64,000 nucleotides of DNA from Lachnospiraceae bacterium UBA1748 (GCA_002314855.1 DCHQ01000039.1:70726-134725), one strand, 5' to 3'; shown: positions 1-10,207, numbered from the stretch's first letter. Made by a program: numbers and translations. The notes: a model not told the origin generated them from the sequence alone.

Positions 1-621
1 CTTGGTATTCCAGTAGTTCTTGTTAATCCAGAGAATCAGGATTTATTATTAGAGATGGCTGACATCATTGCTACTGCAACTAACACAGTAGAGAAGGAAG
101 AGGAGTTAGTTGCTTACATCGACGAGCAGATGTCACTTCTTAGTGAGACAAGAGATGAAGTTGCTGGTGCTGGTATTGAGACAGCTTCTGTATATCTTGC
201 AGGTAACTCTGATTTCTTATCAACAGCTGGTAATGGAATGTATCAGACAGATCTTATAGCACTTGCTGGTGGTTATAATGTGGCTAGTGAGATTGAGGAT
301 TCATATTGGGTAGATATAAGCTACGAGCAGGTATTGGCATGGGATCCAGAATATATTATTCTTACATCAGATGCTGATTATACTGTTGAAGATGTACTTA
401 ATAATGAAAATCTTGTATCATGTAAGGCAGTAGTAAATGGCAATGTATATCAGATGCCATCGAAGGCAGAAGCATGGGATAGCCCAGTCCCAAGTGGTGT
501 TTTAGGAGCGGTATGGCTTGCTAATACACTTTATCCTGATTATGTATCAGATGATGAATATAACGATATTGTTGAGGAGTACTATGAAACATTCTACGGT
601 TTCAGTTACAACGAAAACTAA
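1..621 (+). CDS. Substrate-binding protein of FecB/BtuF/MolA-type ABC transporter (5'-truncated by window edge)
   Basis: Frame is open from base 1 (LGIPVVLVNPE...). AGGYNVA and ISYEQVLAWDPEYII motifs typical of periplasmic binding protein type 2. Followed by permease and ATPase. Confidence 0.85.
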   Translation, partial: LGIPVVLVNPENQDLLLEMADIIATATNTVEKEEELVAYIDEQMSLLSETRDEVAGAGIETASVYLAGNSDFLSTAGNGMYQTDLIALAGGYNVASEIEDSYWVDISYEQVLAWDPEYIILTSDADYTVEDVLNNENLVSCKAVVNGNVYQMPSKAEAWDSPVPSGVLGAVWLANTLYPDYVSDDEYNDIVEEYYETFYGFSYNEN

Positions 622-1576
622 TATAGCTTTTATAAGCGGGGCGGCAGTAATGCTTGCCCTGTTTTTTTTGAGTCTTTTTGTGGGTAAATATCCTCTTGTT
701 CTTTCAAGGATCCTTGCTGGCGATTCCATGCAGGTTAAAGTATTTCTTACGCTTAGACTTAGCCGAGCAGTAGTAGGCCTTATAGGAGGCTTTGCTCTTG
801 GCATAGCAGGTTTTGTATATCAGACTATTTTTCATAATGCACTGGCGTCACCAGATATCATAGGTGTTTCATCAGGTGCAAGTGCAGGAGCGGCAGCAGG
901 TATTTTGTTCTTTCAAGGAGCAACTATGATTACTGTATGTGCTTTTGGCGGTGCCATAATAGCTGTGGTATTCGCATTACTGTTATCTACTCTTGATAAA
1001 TCAGGCAGAAAGAGCACAGTAATTCTTGCAGGTATTGCAGTCCATTCATTGGCCCAGACAGTATTAATGTGCTTCAAATTAGTGGCTGATCCTGAAAAGC
1101 AGCTTGCATCCATAGAGTACTGGATTATGGGAAGTCTTAATGGAATTAACTCGCATATTATTGGTGGCAACATTGCAGTATGCCTTGTATGCTTAGTAGC
1201 TTTATTTGTTCTTCATAGACAGTCCATATTACTTGCAACCGAGGAAACTGAAGCCAAGATGCTTGGCGTTAATATATTTAGAATGAGACTATTATTACTC
1301 ATTTTTTCAACAATCACTGTTTCATGTATTGTGAGCATGACAGGTCTTATTAGTTTTATTGGCTTACTTGCTCCACATAGTGCGAGAAAAATAACTGGTA
1401 ATAATCATCTTAGTACCATGATTTTGGGTGGAATAGTTGGATCGTGTTTGCTTCTTGGAGCAGATATTTTAGCTAGAAGTGTGGCTGCCACAGAATTACC
1501 TGTAAGTATTTTTACAAGTATTCTTGGAGCGCCATTCCTTATCATATTAATATTTAGGGGGAGACAAAAGCTATGA
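584..1576 (+). CDS. FecCD/BtuC-family ABC permease
   Basis: LRLSR, NALASPDIIGVSSGA, ISFIGLLAPH and ELPVSIFTSILGAP motifs. Start moved to ATG 584 behind GAGGAG (track start 518). Confidence 0.9.
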   Translation: MKHSTVSVTTKTNIAFISGAAVMLALFFLSLFVGKYPLVLSRILAGDSMQVKVFLTLRLSRAVVGLIGGFALGIAGFVYQTIFHNALASPDIIGVSSGASAGAAAGILFFQGATMITVCAFGGAIIAVVFALLLSTLDKSGRKSTVILAGIAVHSLAQTVLMCFKLVADPEKQLASIEYWIMGSLNGINSHIIGGNIAVCLVCLVALFVLHRQSILLATEETEAKMLGVNIFRMRLLLLIFSTITVSCIVSMTGLISFIGLLAPHSARKITGNNHLSTMILGGIVGSCLLLGADILARSVAATELPVSIFTSILGAPFLIILIFRGRQKL

Positions 1577-2376
1577 GTATTCTTAACGTGTCTAACCTGC
1601 GAGCAGGATATGATAAGAAAGATATTATTAATAATGTTTCATTTTCAGTTAATGAAGGGGAACTGGTTGCCGTGCTTGGCGCCAATGGTAGTGGCAAAAC
1701 CACGTTAGTAAAAGCAATATGTGGAATGATTACGCATAGCGGAGAATGCAGCGTAAGCGGTGAAAGCATAGACAAGCTTAAGTCCAAACAGCTAGCCAGG
1801 ATGTGCAGCTATATACCACAACAAAGTGGTATTACCATAGATATTTCAGTGATAAATGTGGTACTTATGGGATTTAATCCTTATCTTGGACTTCTTCAGT
1901 ATCCTACTGCCAGCATGAAAGAGAAAGCTTATAAGGTGATAGAGCAGGTTGGGCTAAAGGGCAAGGCAGAGGATAATTACTTATCACTAAGTGAAGGCCA
2001 GAAGCAGCTATGTATATTGGCGAGAGCTATGGTGGCTGATAGCAGGTTGTTACTAATGGACGAACCAGAAAGTGCCCTTGATTTTAATGTCAGATATAAC
2101 GTGATGGAATATATCCGTAGCTGGATCAGTCAGGAGACAGATGGTGGAAAAAGAGCAGCACTAGTTACGCTTCATGATACCAATCTTGCGCTTAATTATT
2201 GCGATAGGTTATTATTGATTAATGATAGTACGATAGCTGATACTGTAAATATCAGGGAAGATGATATTAGTGTAATTCAGGAAAAGCTTCGTATTATATA
2301 TGGAAGTATTAGCATACAGTCTTTTACCAACAAAAATGGTGATAGACAGTTAGTTATGGTTAGGGAACCAGAATAA
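1573..2376 (+). CDS. ABC ATPase (FepC/BtuD-like)
   Basis: Walker A GANGSGKT, signature LSEGQKQ, Walker B LLLMDEP, H-loop LHD. Overlaps the permease stop. Confidence 0.92.
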   Translation: MSILNVSNLRAGYDKKDIINNVSFSVNEGELVAVLGANGSGKTTLVKAICGMITHSGECSVSGESIDKLKSKQLARMCSYIPQQSGITIDISVINVVLMGFNPYLGLLQYPTASMKEKAYKVIEQVGLKGKAEDNYLSLSEGQKQLCILARAMVADSRLLLMDEPESALDFNVRYNVMEYIRSWISQETDGGKRAALVTLHDTNLALNYCDRLLLINDSTIADTVNIREDDISVIQEKLRIIYGSISIQSFTNKNGDRQLVMVREPE

Positions 2377-2717
2377 TGAAGGCTGTAACAAAAGTAGTTT
2401 TTTATGATGATGAAAATGAGAAATTCTTTGGAGAGGGTCCTTGCAGACTACTAAGACTAGTGGAGGAAACAGGATCACTTAATTCGGCAGCTAATGTTAT
2501 GGGTATGGCTTACACCAAAGCCCTTAAGATTCTTAAGAATGCCGAGAAGGCCCTTGGCTTTAAGCTTACTATCCGAAGTGTAGGTGGTAAGGATGGTGGC
2601 GGCAGTATGCTTACCAAAGAGGGAAAGGAATGGCTAAGTCGATATGAAGAATATCGTGATGCCTGTATAAGCGCCAATGAAGAATTGTACGCCAAGTATT
2701 TTGACAAGTTGCAATAA
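2376..2717 (+). CDS. ModE-like winged-helix regulator (N-terminal domain only)
   Basis: FFGEGP..LL..VEETGSL..AA..MGMAY.KA and GGKDGGGS.LT motifs of the ModE N-terminus. No TOBE domain. Confidence 0.85.
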   Translation: MKAVTKVVFYDDENEKFFGEGPCRLLRLVEETGSLNSAANVMGMAYTKALKILKNAEKALGFKLTIRSVGGKDGGGSMLTKEGKEWLSRYEEYRDACISANEELYAKYFDKLQ

Positions 2718-3306
2718 TACTAATCTATATCCAGTTGGCTGTGTAATCATGGCATCAGGGGTTGGCAGCCGTTTTGGCGGCGACAAGCTCATGGTCGATT
2801 TTGGCGGCAGACCTATGATTGACTGGGTGTTAGATGCTACATCTGATTTATTCCAATCTAGAATCGTCGTGACAAGAAACCAGGATGTTAAGGATTACTG
2901 TGAAAAGAAGGGTATAGAAGTCATATATCACGAGATGCCAGGGCAGAATGATACAGTGCGTCTTGGCGTAGAGCATATGCCTGGTAGCGTGAAGGGTTGT
3001 ATGTTCTTTGTAAGTGATCAGCCATTTTTGACAAAGACAAGTATTAAGGCATTACTGGATGCTGCAGTACTTAGTCCAGATAAAATTTGGCGCGTGGCTT
3101 ATAAGGATAGAGTAGGAGCACCAGTGTACTTTCCAGTTAGCCTTTTCTCTGAGCTTAAGGAACTGCCATTTGATAAAGGCGGAAGCGTGGTTATTAAAAA
3201 TCATATTAATAAGGTAGAAACAGTAGAAGTTTTGTCCGAGATTGAACTAGAAGACATAGATACTAAAAAAGACTACGAATTGTGGGGACGTTTATTATGT
3301 CAGTAA
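2677..3306 (+). CDS. MocA/MobA-like molybdenum cofactor nucleotidyltransferase
   Basis: IMASGVGSRFGGDKL, DQPFL and DIDTKKDY motifs of NTP_transf_3. Exact start uncertain. Confidence 0.85.
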   Translation: MKNCTPSILTSCNNTNLYPVGCVIMASGVGSRFGGDKLMVDFGGRPMIDWVLDATSDLFQSRIVVTRNQDVKDYCEKKGIEVIYHEMPGQNDTVRLGVEHMPGSVKGCMFFVSDQPFLTKTSIKALLDAAVLSPDKIWRVAYKDRVGAPVYFPVSLFSELKELPFDKGGSVVIKNHINKVETVEVLSEIELEDIDTKKDYELWGRLLCQ

Positions 3307-4274
3307 AAAGTGATTTATTAGCATTATTAACAGAACATTTAGGAAATTATGTATCAGGTGAAGAGATAGCAGAGAGAATTGGCTGCACAAGAGGCGCAGT
3401 GTGGAAAGCTGTTAAGGCACTTAATAATGAAGGATACAATATTACAGGTGTTAATAATAAAGGATATATGCTTGGAGACGAGTCCGATGTTCTTGATGAA
3501 AAGACGATCCGAGATGCTCTTGGAAAAGAATACTCTGATATGGATATACATATTCATAAGGTTATTGATTCGACCAATACAGAGATTAGTCGTTTATCGG
3601 CAGCAGGAGCTAAGGAAGGAACTGTAGTTATAGCAGCAGAGCAGACTGCTGGGAAAGGTCGAAGAGGCCGAAGTTTTTATTCTCCAGCTGAGTCAGGAAT
3701 ATATATGAGTATTCTTCTTAGACCAACTCTTCCAATGGAGCAGAGCGTGCGTATTACGACTGCGGCAGCAAGTAGCGTGGCCGAAGCCATTGAAGAAGTG
3801 ACAGGTGTACCAGCAGGTATCAAATGGGTCAATGATATATATGTTGGAGGCAGCAAGGTTTGCGGTATATTAACCGAGGCTTCGTTTAGTATTGAAGATA
3901 ATAAGCTTGATTGTATTATTCTTGGAATTGGAATCAATCTTTATCAGCCAGATAGCGATTTTCCAGATGATATAAAAAATGTTGCCGGATTTATATGTGA
4001 TAACAAGTCCTTTTCTTATAAGAACAAACTGATAGCCAGCATTATTAAACATTTTATGACTTATTACAGCGAGATAAGCAGTGGAAGCTATATGGAGGCC
4101 TACAGAAAAAGGCTTTTATGGATTGGAGAAAATATCAATATTATCTCTGGTGACAATAAAATTCCAGCTGTCTTACTTGGCGTGGATGATGAGTGCCATT
4201 TGAAAGTGCGCTATACTGAAGGCAGCGAGGATGCGGTTTCATCAGGAGAAATAAGTATTAGATTACAGAACTAG
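3297..4274 (+). CDS. birA: Bifunctional biotin--[acetyl-CoA carboxylase] ligase / repressor
   Basis: N-terminal HTH (SGEEIAERIGCTRGAVWK), QTAGKGRRGR, KWVND and KVCGIL motifs. Confidence 0.95.
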   Translation: MSVKSDLLALLTEHLGNYVSGEEIAERIGCTRGAVWKAVKALNNEGYNITGVNNKGYMLGDESDVLDEKTIRDALGKEYSDMDIHIHKVIDSTNTEISRLSAAGAKEGTVVIAAEQTAGKGRRGRSFYSPAESGIYMSILLRPTLPMEQSVRITTAAASSVAEAIEEVTGVPAGIKWVNDIYVGGSKVCGILTEASFSIEDNKLDCIILGIGINLYQPDSDFPDDIKNVAGFICDNKSFSYKNKLIASIIKHFMTYYSEISSGSYMEAYRKRLLWIGENINIISGDNKIPAVLLGVDDECHLKVRYTEGSEDAVSSGEISIRLQN

Positions 4275-4285
4275 GCGTATATTCA

Positions 4286-4315
4286 TTGACTTTTTTATCA
4301 TTATGCTACTATAAT
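4286..4315 (+). promoter_or_regulatory. Sigma-A-type promoter of amino-acid ABC operon
   Basis: TTGACT (4286) - 18 nt - TATAAT (4310). Confidence 0.6.
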
Positions 4316-4362
4316 AGCGTGGTATCGCGTTAGCACGATAAAGTTATATGGAGGAATTTATT

Positions 4363-5190
4363 ATGAGTAAAAAGTTTTTAGCATTATTACTCAGCGCTAT
4401 GTGCGTATTTATGCTTTGCGCTTGTGGTAATAACAATGCAACAGTTGCTGACAATCAGTCAGCAGACAGTGAGACAGCAGCAGTTGCTGATATCGACAAG
4501 ATTAAGCAGGCTGGTGTATTAGTAGTTGGTGTAACAGATTTCGAGCCAATGGATTACATTGATGCAGATGGTAACTGGGTTGGTTTTGATGCTGATCTTG
4601 CTACAGAGTTCGCTAAGAGCCTTGGAGTTGAAGTTAAGTTTGTTGAGATCGACTGGGATAACAAGGTTATGGAGCTTAACGGCGGCACAGTTGATTGTAT
4701 CTGGAATGGTATGACTCTTACAGATGAAGTTATGAGCTCAATGAGCTGTTCTAATGCATACTGCAACAACGCTCAGGTAGTAATCGTTAATAAGGATGTT
4801 GCAGTTGATTATGATTCAGTAGACAAGCTTGGCGATCTTAATTTCGCAGTAGAAGCTGGTTCAGCAGGTGCTGAGCAGGCTCAGGCTAACAACCTTAACT
4901 ATACAGAAGTTCAGAACCAGGCAAGTGCACTTATGGAAGTTGCAGCTGGTACTTCTGATGCAGCTATCATCGATTCACTTATGGCAGCAGCTATGGTTGG
5001 TGAGGGTACAAGCTACGAGAACCTTACTTATACAGTAGGTCTTAATGAAGAAAAGTATGGAGTAGGATTCCGTCAGGGTTCTGACCTTACAGCAGCTCTT
5101 AACGAGTACTTTAAGACAAGCTACAGCGATGGTTCAATGAAGGCTATTGCTGAGAAGTATGGTGTTCAGGCAGCTCTTATCGAGCAGTAA
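4363..5190 (+). CDS. Polar amino-acid ABC substrate-binding lipoprotein (family 3)
   Basis: Lipobox LCAC, GFDADLA, IDWD, WNGMT and EKYGVGFR motifs. ATG 4363 follows GGAGG. Confidence 0.92.
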   Translation: MSKKFLALLLSAMCVFMLCACGNNNATVADNQSADSETAAVADIDKIKQAGVLVVGVTDFEPMDYIDADGNWVGFDADLATEFAKSLGVEVKFVEIDWDNKVMELNGGTVDCIWNGMTLTDEVMSSMSCSNAYCNNAQVVIVNKDVAVDYDSVDKLGDLNFAVEAGSAGAEQAQANNLNYTEVQNQASALMEVAAGTSDAAIIDSLMAAAMVGEGTSYENLTYTVGLNEEKYGVGFRQGSDLTAALNEYFKTSYSDGSMKAIAEKYGVQAALIEQ

Positions 5191-5205
5191 TTGTATTATA
5201 AACAT

Positions 5206-5239
5206 AGGACGCTGCGGGACTACCCGTAGCGTCCTTTTT
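5206..5239 (+). terminator. Strong stem-loop between binding protein and permease (partial terminator or mRNA stabiliser)
   Basis: AGGACGCTGCGGG-acta-CCCGTAGCGTCCT followed by a T run. Confidence 0.7.
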
Positions 5240-5259
5240 ATGAAATGATCGGGGTATAT

Positions 5260-5946
5260 ATGGAACAGTTTTTGGAACAGTTTCCGATAGTAATTAATTC
5301 ATTAAATGTTGGTTTTCTGCAGACACTTAAGCTTTTTGCAGTCACACTTATTGGTGCTTTGCCACTTGGTCTTCTTATATCATTTGGCACAAGATCAAAA
5401 ATCAAGATAATAAGCGGCTTTTTTAAGATAATCATCTGGATTGTCAGAGGTACACCTCTTATGATTCAGCTCCTTATCATTTTTTATTTTCCAGGATTGG
5501 TTCTTAATAAGCCAATATGGGGAGGCTCAGAGGCTGGAAGATTTGCAGCCAGTAGTGTAGCATTTATTTTCAACTATGCTTGCTATTTCTCAGAAATCTT
5601 CCGTGGTGGTATTCAGAGCATTCCTGTTGGTCAGGATGAAGCAGGCTTTGTTCTTGGTATGACTAAGACTCAGATATTCTTCAGGGTTAAGCTTCTGCAG
5701 ATGATCAAACGTATAGTGCCACCCATGTCCAATGAAATATTAACTCTTGTTAAGGATACTTCTCTTGCACGTATCATTGCTCTTCAGGAGATTATTTGGG
5801 CAGGACAGGCATTCATGAAAGGTTCACAGGGCATATCAGGTGCCATTTGGCCACTTTTCTTCACAGCAATATATTACCTTGTATTCAATGGAATTCTTAC
5901 AGTATTGTTTGGAAGAATAGAAAAGAAGCTGGAGTATTTTAAGTAG
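5260..5946 (+). CDS. Polar amino-acid ABC permease (HisM/GlnP family)
   Basis: RGTPLMIQL, SEIFRGGIQSIPVGQDEA and KDTSL motifs. Confidence 0.92.
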   Translation: MEQFLEQFPIVINSLNVGFLQTLKLFAVTLIGALPLGLLISFGTRSKIKIISGFFKIIIWIVRGTPLMIQLLIIFYFPGLVLNKPIWGGSEAGRFAASSVAFIFNYACYFSEIFRGGIQSIPVGQDEAGFVLGMTKTQIFFRVKLLQMIKRIVPPMSNEILTLVKDTSLARIIALQEIIWAGQAFMKGSQGISGAIWPLFFTAIYYLVFNGILTVLFGRIEKKLEYFK

Positions 5947-5962
5947 GTACTGGGGGAGAGAT

Positions 5963-6751
5963 ATGGCATTATTAGAAGTTAACCACATATGCAAGTCATT
6001 CAAGCATGTGGAGGTATTAAAAGATATTAACTTTTCATTAGACAAGGGTGATGTCCTTGCAATCATTGGTTCATCAGGAAGTGGTAAGACAACTCTTCTT
6101 CGTTGCCTTAATTTCCTTGAAAGACCTGACAGCGGAGTTATATGTGTGGATGGCAAGAATATATTTGATTCTAATGACCCTTCATTATTAAAGGAATCAG
6201 TTATTCGTCAGAACAGACTTCACTTTGGTATGGTATTCCAGCAGTTCAATCTATTTCCACAGTATACTGTGCTTGGAAACCTGACACTTGCAGCTAAGCT
6301 TGCTGCCAAGAACTCTTATGCCAAAGATAAAGATGGTGATAATTCATCTGAAAAGGCAGTTTTAGATGATATTGACAAGAGAGCCATGCAGCTTCTTGAA
6401 AAGGTAGGACTTACCGCTAAGAAGGATTCGTATCCTTGTGAGCTGTCAGGTGGACAGCAGCAGAGAGTCGCAATTGCGAGAGCGCTTATGCTTACTCCTG
6501 ATATCCTTTGTTTCGATGAGCCAACAAGTGCTCTTGATCCAGAGCTTACCAAGGAAGTACTTCGAGTTATTAGGGGACTTAAGAGCTCAGACAGTACTAT
6601 GATAGTAGTTACTCATGAGATGGATTTTGCCAGAGAGGTAGCTGATAAGGTTATATTCATGGCCAATGGTATTATAGAAGAGGCTGGAACCTCGGAGGAA
6701 GTATTTACCAATCCAAAGAGTCCTATATTAAAGAACTTTTTGAATTCATAG
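5963..6751 (+). CDS. Polar amino-acid ABC ATPase (GlnQ family)
   Basis: GSSGSGKT, LSGGQQQRVAIARAL, FDEPTSALDPEL and VTHEM motifs. Confidence 0.95.
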   Translation: MALLEVNHICKSFKHVEVLKDINFSLDKGDVLAIIGSSGSGKTTLLRCLNFLERPDSGVICVDGKNIFDSNDPSLLKESVIRQNRLHFGMVFQQFNLFPQYTVLGNLTLAAKLAAKNSYAKDKDGDNSSEKAVLDDIDKRAMQLLEKVGLTAKKDSYPCELSGGQQQRVAIARALMLTPDILCFDEPTSALDPELTKEVLRVIRGLKSSDSTMIVVTHEMDFAREVADKVIFMANGIIEEAGTSEEVFTNPKSPILKNFLNS

Positions 6752-6816
6752 TTATTATGAGTTCATTGTGATATAATATTAAGGTTGATTTAAAAGATAA
6801 GAAAGGTTGTTTTAAC

Positions 6817-9231
6817 ATGAAAAAATCAAGTGCAGCGCTTTTACTAGCATTAGTATTAGCCATTATGGTTGGTTTTGGATACATCATGGCAAATGGTGTT
6901 GATGAAAGAGGCAGCGGAGCTATCAAGAACACTAAGCTTGGTCTTGACCTTGCAGGTGGTGTTAGTATCACATATCAGGCAGCAGGAGACACAAATCCTA
7001 CTCCAACAGAGATTTCTGATACTATTGAAAAGCTTCGTAAGAGAGTAGAGAAGTACTCGACAGAGGCAGGAGTATATCAGGAAGGTGATAATCGTATCAG
7101 TATTGAAATTCCTGGCGTTAAGGATGCTGAAGCAGTACTTGCTGATCTTGGTTCTCCAGGACAGTTATACTTTATTCGTGCTATGGGTCCAGATGGTATT
7201 CTTAACTATGGCTACAGAAACTACTTGGATATGCCAGTATATTCAGAAAAGGATACATACTTCGTATTCTCAGATGCCGATGGTGGTTTCCTTTATGATG
7301 ACAAGACAAGCGAAATAGTAGTTGATGCTGATGGCAATCCAGTAATGTATAAGATTAAGGATGTTTCTTCTATTAATAGAGAGTATATTCTTACTAAGCC
7401 GCTTGAGCAGATTATTGCTGAAGGTAGTGCAGTTCTCTCTGGTACAGATGTTGCCAAGAGTGAGGGCGGTGCTTTTACAGATAAGAATGATAAGCAGGAA
7501 TTCCTAGTTCAGCTTAAGTTCACAGAAGAGGGTGCTAAGATATTTGCTGAGGAAACAGCAGCAGTAGTATCTAAGACAGGTCTTCCAGGAACAATTGGTA
7601 TTTACTACGATGGAAAGCTTATTTCAGTACCTAACGTACAGACAGCTATTACTGGTGGTGAAGGTCAGATTTCTGGTATGGGCAGCTACGAAGAGGCTGA
7701 CAAGCTTGCTCAGAGTATTCGTATCGGTGGTCTTTCACTTGAACTTGAAGAGCTTCGTAGTAACGTGGTTGGTGCTCAGCTTGGTGCCGATGCTATTTCA
7801 ACAAGTATTCTTGCTGGTCTTATCGGTGTTGGTATAATCATGATCTTCATGGTTATCGTATATAGAATACCAGGTCTTGTTGCTTCAATCGCACTTGTTG
7901 CTTATACAATGATGATGATGCTTTGTGTCAACTTCCTTGGTATTACAATGACACTTCCAGGTATCGCAGGTATCATCCTTTCAATTGGTATGGCGGTCGA
8001 TGCCAACGTTATTATTTTCGCTCGTATACGAGAAGAGCTTGCAATTGGTATGACAGTAGAGTCTTCTATTAAGTCAGGTTTCAATAAGGCTCTTTCAGCC
8101 ATCATCGATGGTAATATTACAACACTTATTGCTGCTGTAGTTCTTATGGCTATTGGTAGTGGTACAATCAAGGGATTTGCTTATACACTTGCTCTTGGTA
8201 TCGTGCTTTCAATGATTACAGCACTTTTCGTTACAAAGCTTTTACTTAACTGCTTCTTTGCTCTTGGTTTCAAGGATGCTAAGTGGATCGGTAAGGTTAA
8301 GGAAGTTAAGACAATCAACTTCCTTGGTAAGAACAAGTTATACTTTGGTGTTTCAGGTGCAATTATTGCAGTAGGTATTATCGTTATGGTTATTATGGGA
8401 ATCACAACTGGTGACCCACTTAACTACTCACTTGATTTCAAGGGTGGTACAGCTACTACAGTTGATTTTGAAACACTTCAGACAGCTGAATATATTGATG
8501 GTACTATTGTTGCTGATATTGAGAAGATCACAGGCGATGCCAATGTTCTTTGGACAACAGTTAACAATACTAACCAGGTTATCTTCAAGACTCGTGAGTT
8601 TTCAGAGGATGAGAGAGAAGAGTTTAAGCAGCTTATGATGACTAAGTATGGCGTACAGGATCAGAAGATATCTGTTGAGACTATCAGCTCTACTATCTCA
8701 GGCGAGATGCTTAAGAGTGCTATTATGGCTGTAATAGTTGCAGCAGGATGTATGCTTATTTATATCTGGTTTAGATTCTCTGATTTCAGATTTGGTGCCA
8801 GTGCGGTAGCTGCTCTTGTTCATGACGTATTTGTAGTTATTACTTTCTACGCATGTGTAAGACTTAGCGTTGGTAGTACATTCATTGCATGTATTCTTAC
8901 TATCGTAGGTTACTCAATTAACGCAACCATCGTAGTATTTGACCGAATCAGAGAGAATCTTCGTGCTGACAGAAAGAAGAGAACATTCTCTATAGAAGAT
9001 ACAGTTAATAAGAGTATTACTCAGACATTAACTCGTTCAATCTTCACATCACTTACTACATTCATTACAGTAGCAGTTCTTTATATACTGGGTGTATCGT
9101 CAATTAAGGAATTTGCACTTCCACTTATGATTGGTATCGTAAGTGGTACATATTCATCAGTATGCTTAACAGGTGCTATGTGGAATTTACTTCGTAATAA
9201 ATTCCCACAGACTGAAGAAGACGATGATTAA
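6817..9231 (+). CDS. secDF: Fused protein translocase subunit SecDF
   Basis: LGLDLAGG, GMAVDANVIIFARIREE (SecD half), DFKGGT and GYSINATIVVFDRIRE (SecF half). Confidence 0.96.
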   Translation: MKKSSAALLLALVLAIMVGFGYIMANGVDERGSGAIKNTKLGLDLAGGVSITYQAAGDTNPTPTEISDTIEKLRKRVEKYSTEAGVYQEGDNRISIEIPGVKDAEAVLADLGSPGQLYFIRAMGPDGILNYGYRNYLDMPVYSEKDTYFVFSDADGGFLYDDKTSEIVVDADGNPVMYKIKDVSSINREYILTKPLEQIIAEGSAVLSGTDVAKSEGGAFTDKNDKQEFLVQLKFTEEGAKIFAEETAAVVSKTGLPGTIGIYYDGKLISVPNVQTAITGGEGQISGMGSYEEADKLAQSIRIGGLSLELEELRSNVVGAQLGADAISTSILAGLIGVGIIMIFMVIVYRIPGLVASIALVAYTMMMMLCVNFLGITMTLPGIAGIILSIGMAVDANVIIFARIREELAIGMTVESSIKSGFNKALSAIIDGNITTLIAAVVLMAIGSGTIKGFAYTLALGIVLSMITALFVTKLLLNCFFALGFKDAKWIGKVKEVKTINFLGKNKLYFGVSGAIIAVGIIVMVIMGITTGDPLNYSLDFKGGTATTVDFETLQTAEYIDGTIVADIEKITGDANVLWTTVNNTNQVIFKTREFSEDEREEFKQLMMTKYGVQDQKISVETISSTISGEMLKSAIMAVIVAAGCMLIYIWFRFSDFRFGASAVAALVHDVFVVITFYACVRLSVGSTFIACILTIVGYSINATIVVFDRIRENLRADRKKRTFSIEDTVNKSITQTLTRSIFTSLTTFITVAVLYILGVSSIKEFALPLMIGIVSGTYSSVCLTGAMWNLLRNKFPQTEEDDD

Positions 9232-9243
9232 TTAAAATCTTTA

Positions 9244-9275
9244 AATCCCCAGAGAAATCTGGGGATTATTTTTTT
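9244..9275 (+). terminator. Rho-independent terminator
   Basis: AATCCCCAGA-gaaa-TCTGGGGATT plus T tract. Confidence 0.85.
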
Positions 9276-9302
9276 AGAGTAAAAAGAAAAAGGGGAATAA
9301 AT

Positions 9303-10109
9303 ATGAGAAAATTTTTATTAGCTTCATCAGTGGTATTGATGCTTGCATTAGTTGGCTGTGGTTCTACTGATAATACTAGTACTGAGATAGATGTTGCGAC
9401 AGATAATCAGCCAGTATCAGAAGAGGTGGTAAGTGACGAATCTTCACCTGATGATACTGATGCGGCAGTGGAAAGCGAAGCTCAGGATGAAACAGAGGAA
9501 GCTTCCGCTTGTACAACACTTACATATATTGGCCATGCCAGTGTCAAAATTGTGGCCAAGGATGGAACAGAACTTTTAATTGATCCTAATTACGAAGAGT
9601 GGGATTGGAAGGCTGAGAATCCGGATATTGTTATTGTTACTCATGGTCACGGTGATCATACACCTAACTATAATCTTACTATGTCAGATGAGTGTACATT
9701 TATTAACTATAAGGATGCACATACAGGCGACACATATGAAAGCTATGATGTTGGACCATACCACATCGAAGCCGTACCAGCAGCTAACGAAAATCATGAT
9801 ATTAAGTACTGTGTTGGATATATTGTAACTGTTGACGGAGTATCAGTTTATCATGCAGGTGATACATCAAAACTTGATTCAATGAGTGAGCTTGCTGACA
9901 AGAATATTGATTATGCTATGTACCCAATTGATGGCGTATATAACATGGATGCAGTAGAAGCCACAGAAGTTGCAGCTATGGTTGGTGCCAAGAATAACAT
10001 ACCTATTCATGAACTCAATGAAGATGGTCAGCCAGCCAAGGAGGATAACTTTACTCCAGATGGTAAGCTTGTTCTTAGCTATGGTGAGACCATAGTTATT
10101 GCAGAGTAA
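9303..10109 (+). CDS. Metallo-beta-lactamase-fold lipoprotein
   Basis: Lipobox LVGC, acidic linker, GHAS, THGHGDH, YHAGDT and IPIH motifs. Confidence 0.85.
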   Translation: MRKFLLASSVVLMLALVGCGSTDNTSTEIDVATDNQPVSEEVVSDESSPDDTDAAVESEAQDETEEASACTTLTYIGHASVKIVAKDGTELLIDPNYEEWDWKAENPDIVIVTHGHGDHTPNYNLTMSDECTFINYKDAHTGDTYESYDVGPYHIEAVPAANENHDIKYCVGYIVTVDGVSVYHAGDTSKLDSMSELADKNIDYAMYPIDGVYNMDAVEATEVAAMVGAKNNIPIHELNEDGQPAKEDNFTPDGKLVLSYGETIVIAE

Positions 10110-10134
10110 GAGTTAGAAGATATTAGTTATATAG

Positions 10135-10170
10135 AAGCCTGATGGGATGAAAATCTCATCGGGCTTTTTT
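10135..10170 (+). terminator. Rho-independent terminator
   Basis: AAGCCTGATGGGAT-gaaa-ATCTCATCGGGCTT plus T tract. Confidence 0.85.
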
Positions 10171-10207
10171 GTTTTCATAAATATGTTACAAAAAAGTTGC
10201 AAAATAC

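Noticed and set aside
2677-2717. Programmed frameshift fusing the ModE-like and MocA-like ORFs
   Set aside because: The 41-nt overlap has no clear slippery heptamer or stimulatory structure. Translational coupling is a sufficient explanation.
6817-9231. SecD-SecF fusion as a novelty
   Set aside because: Fused SecDF is common in Firmicutes.
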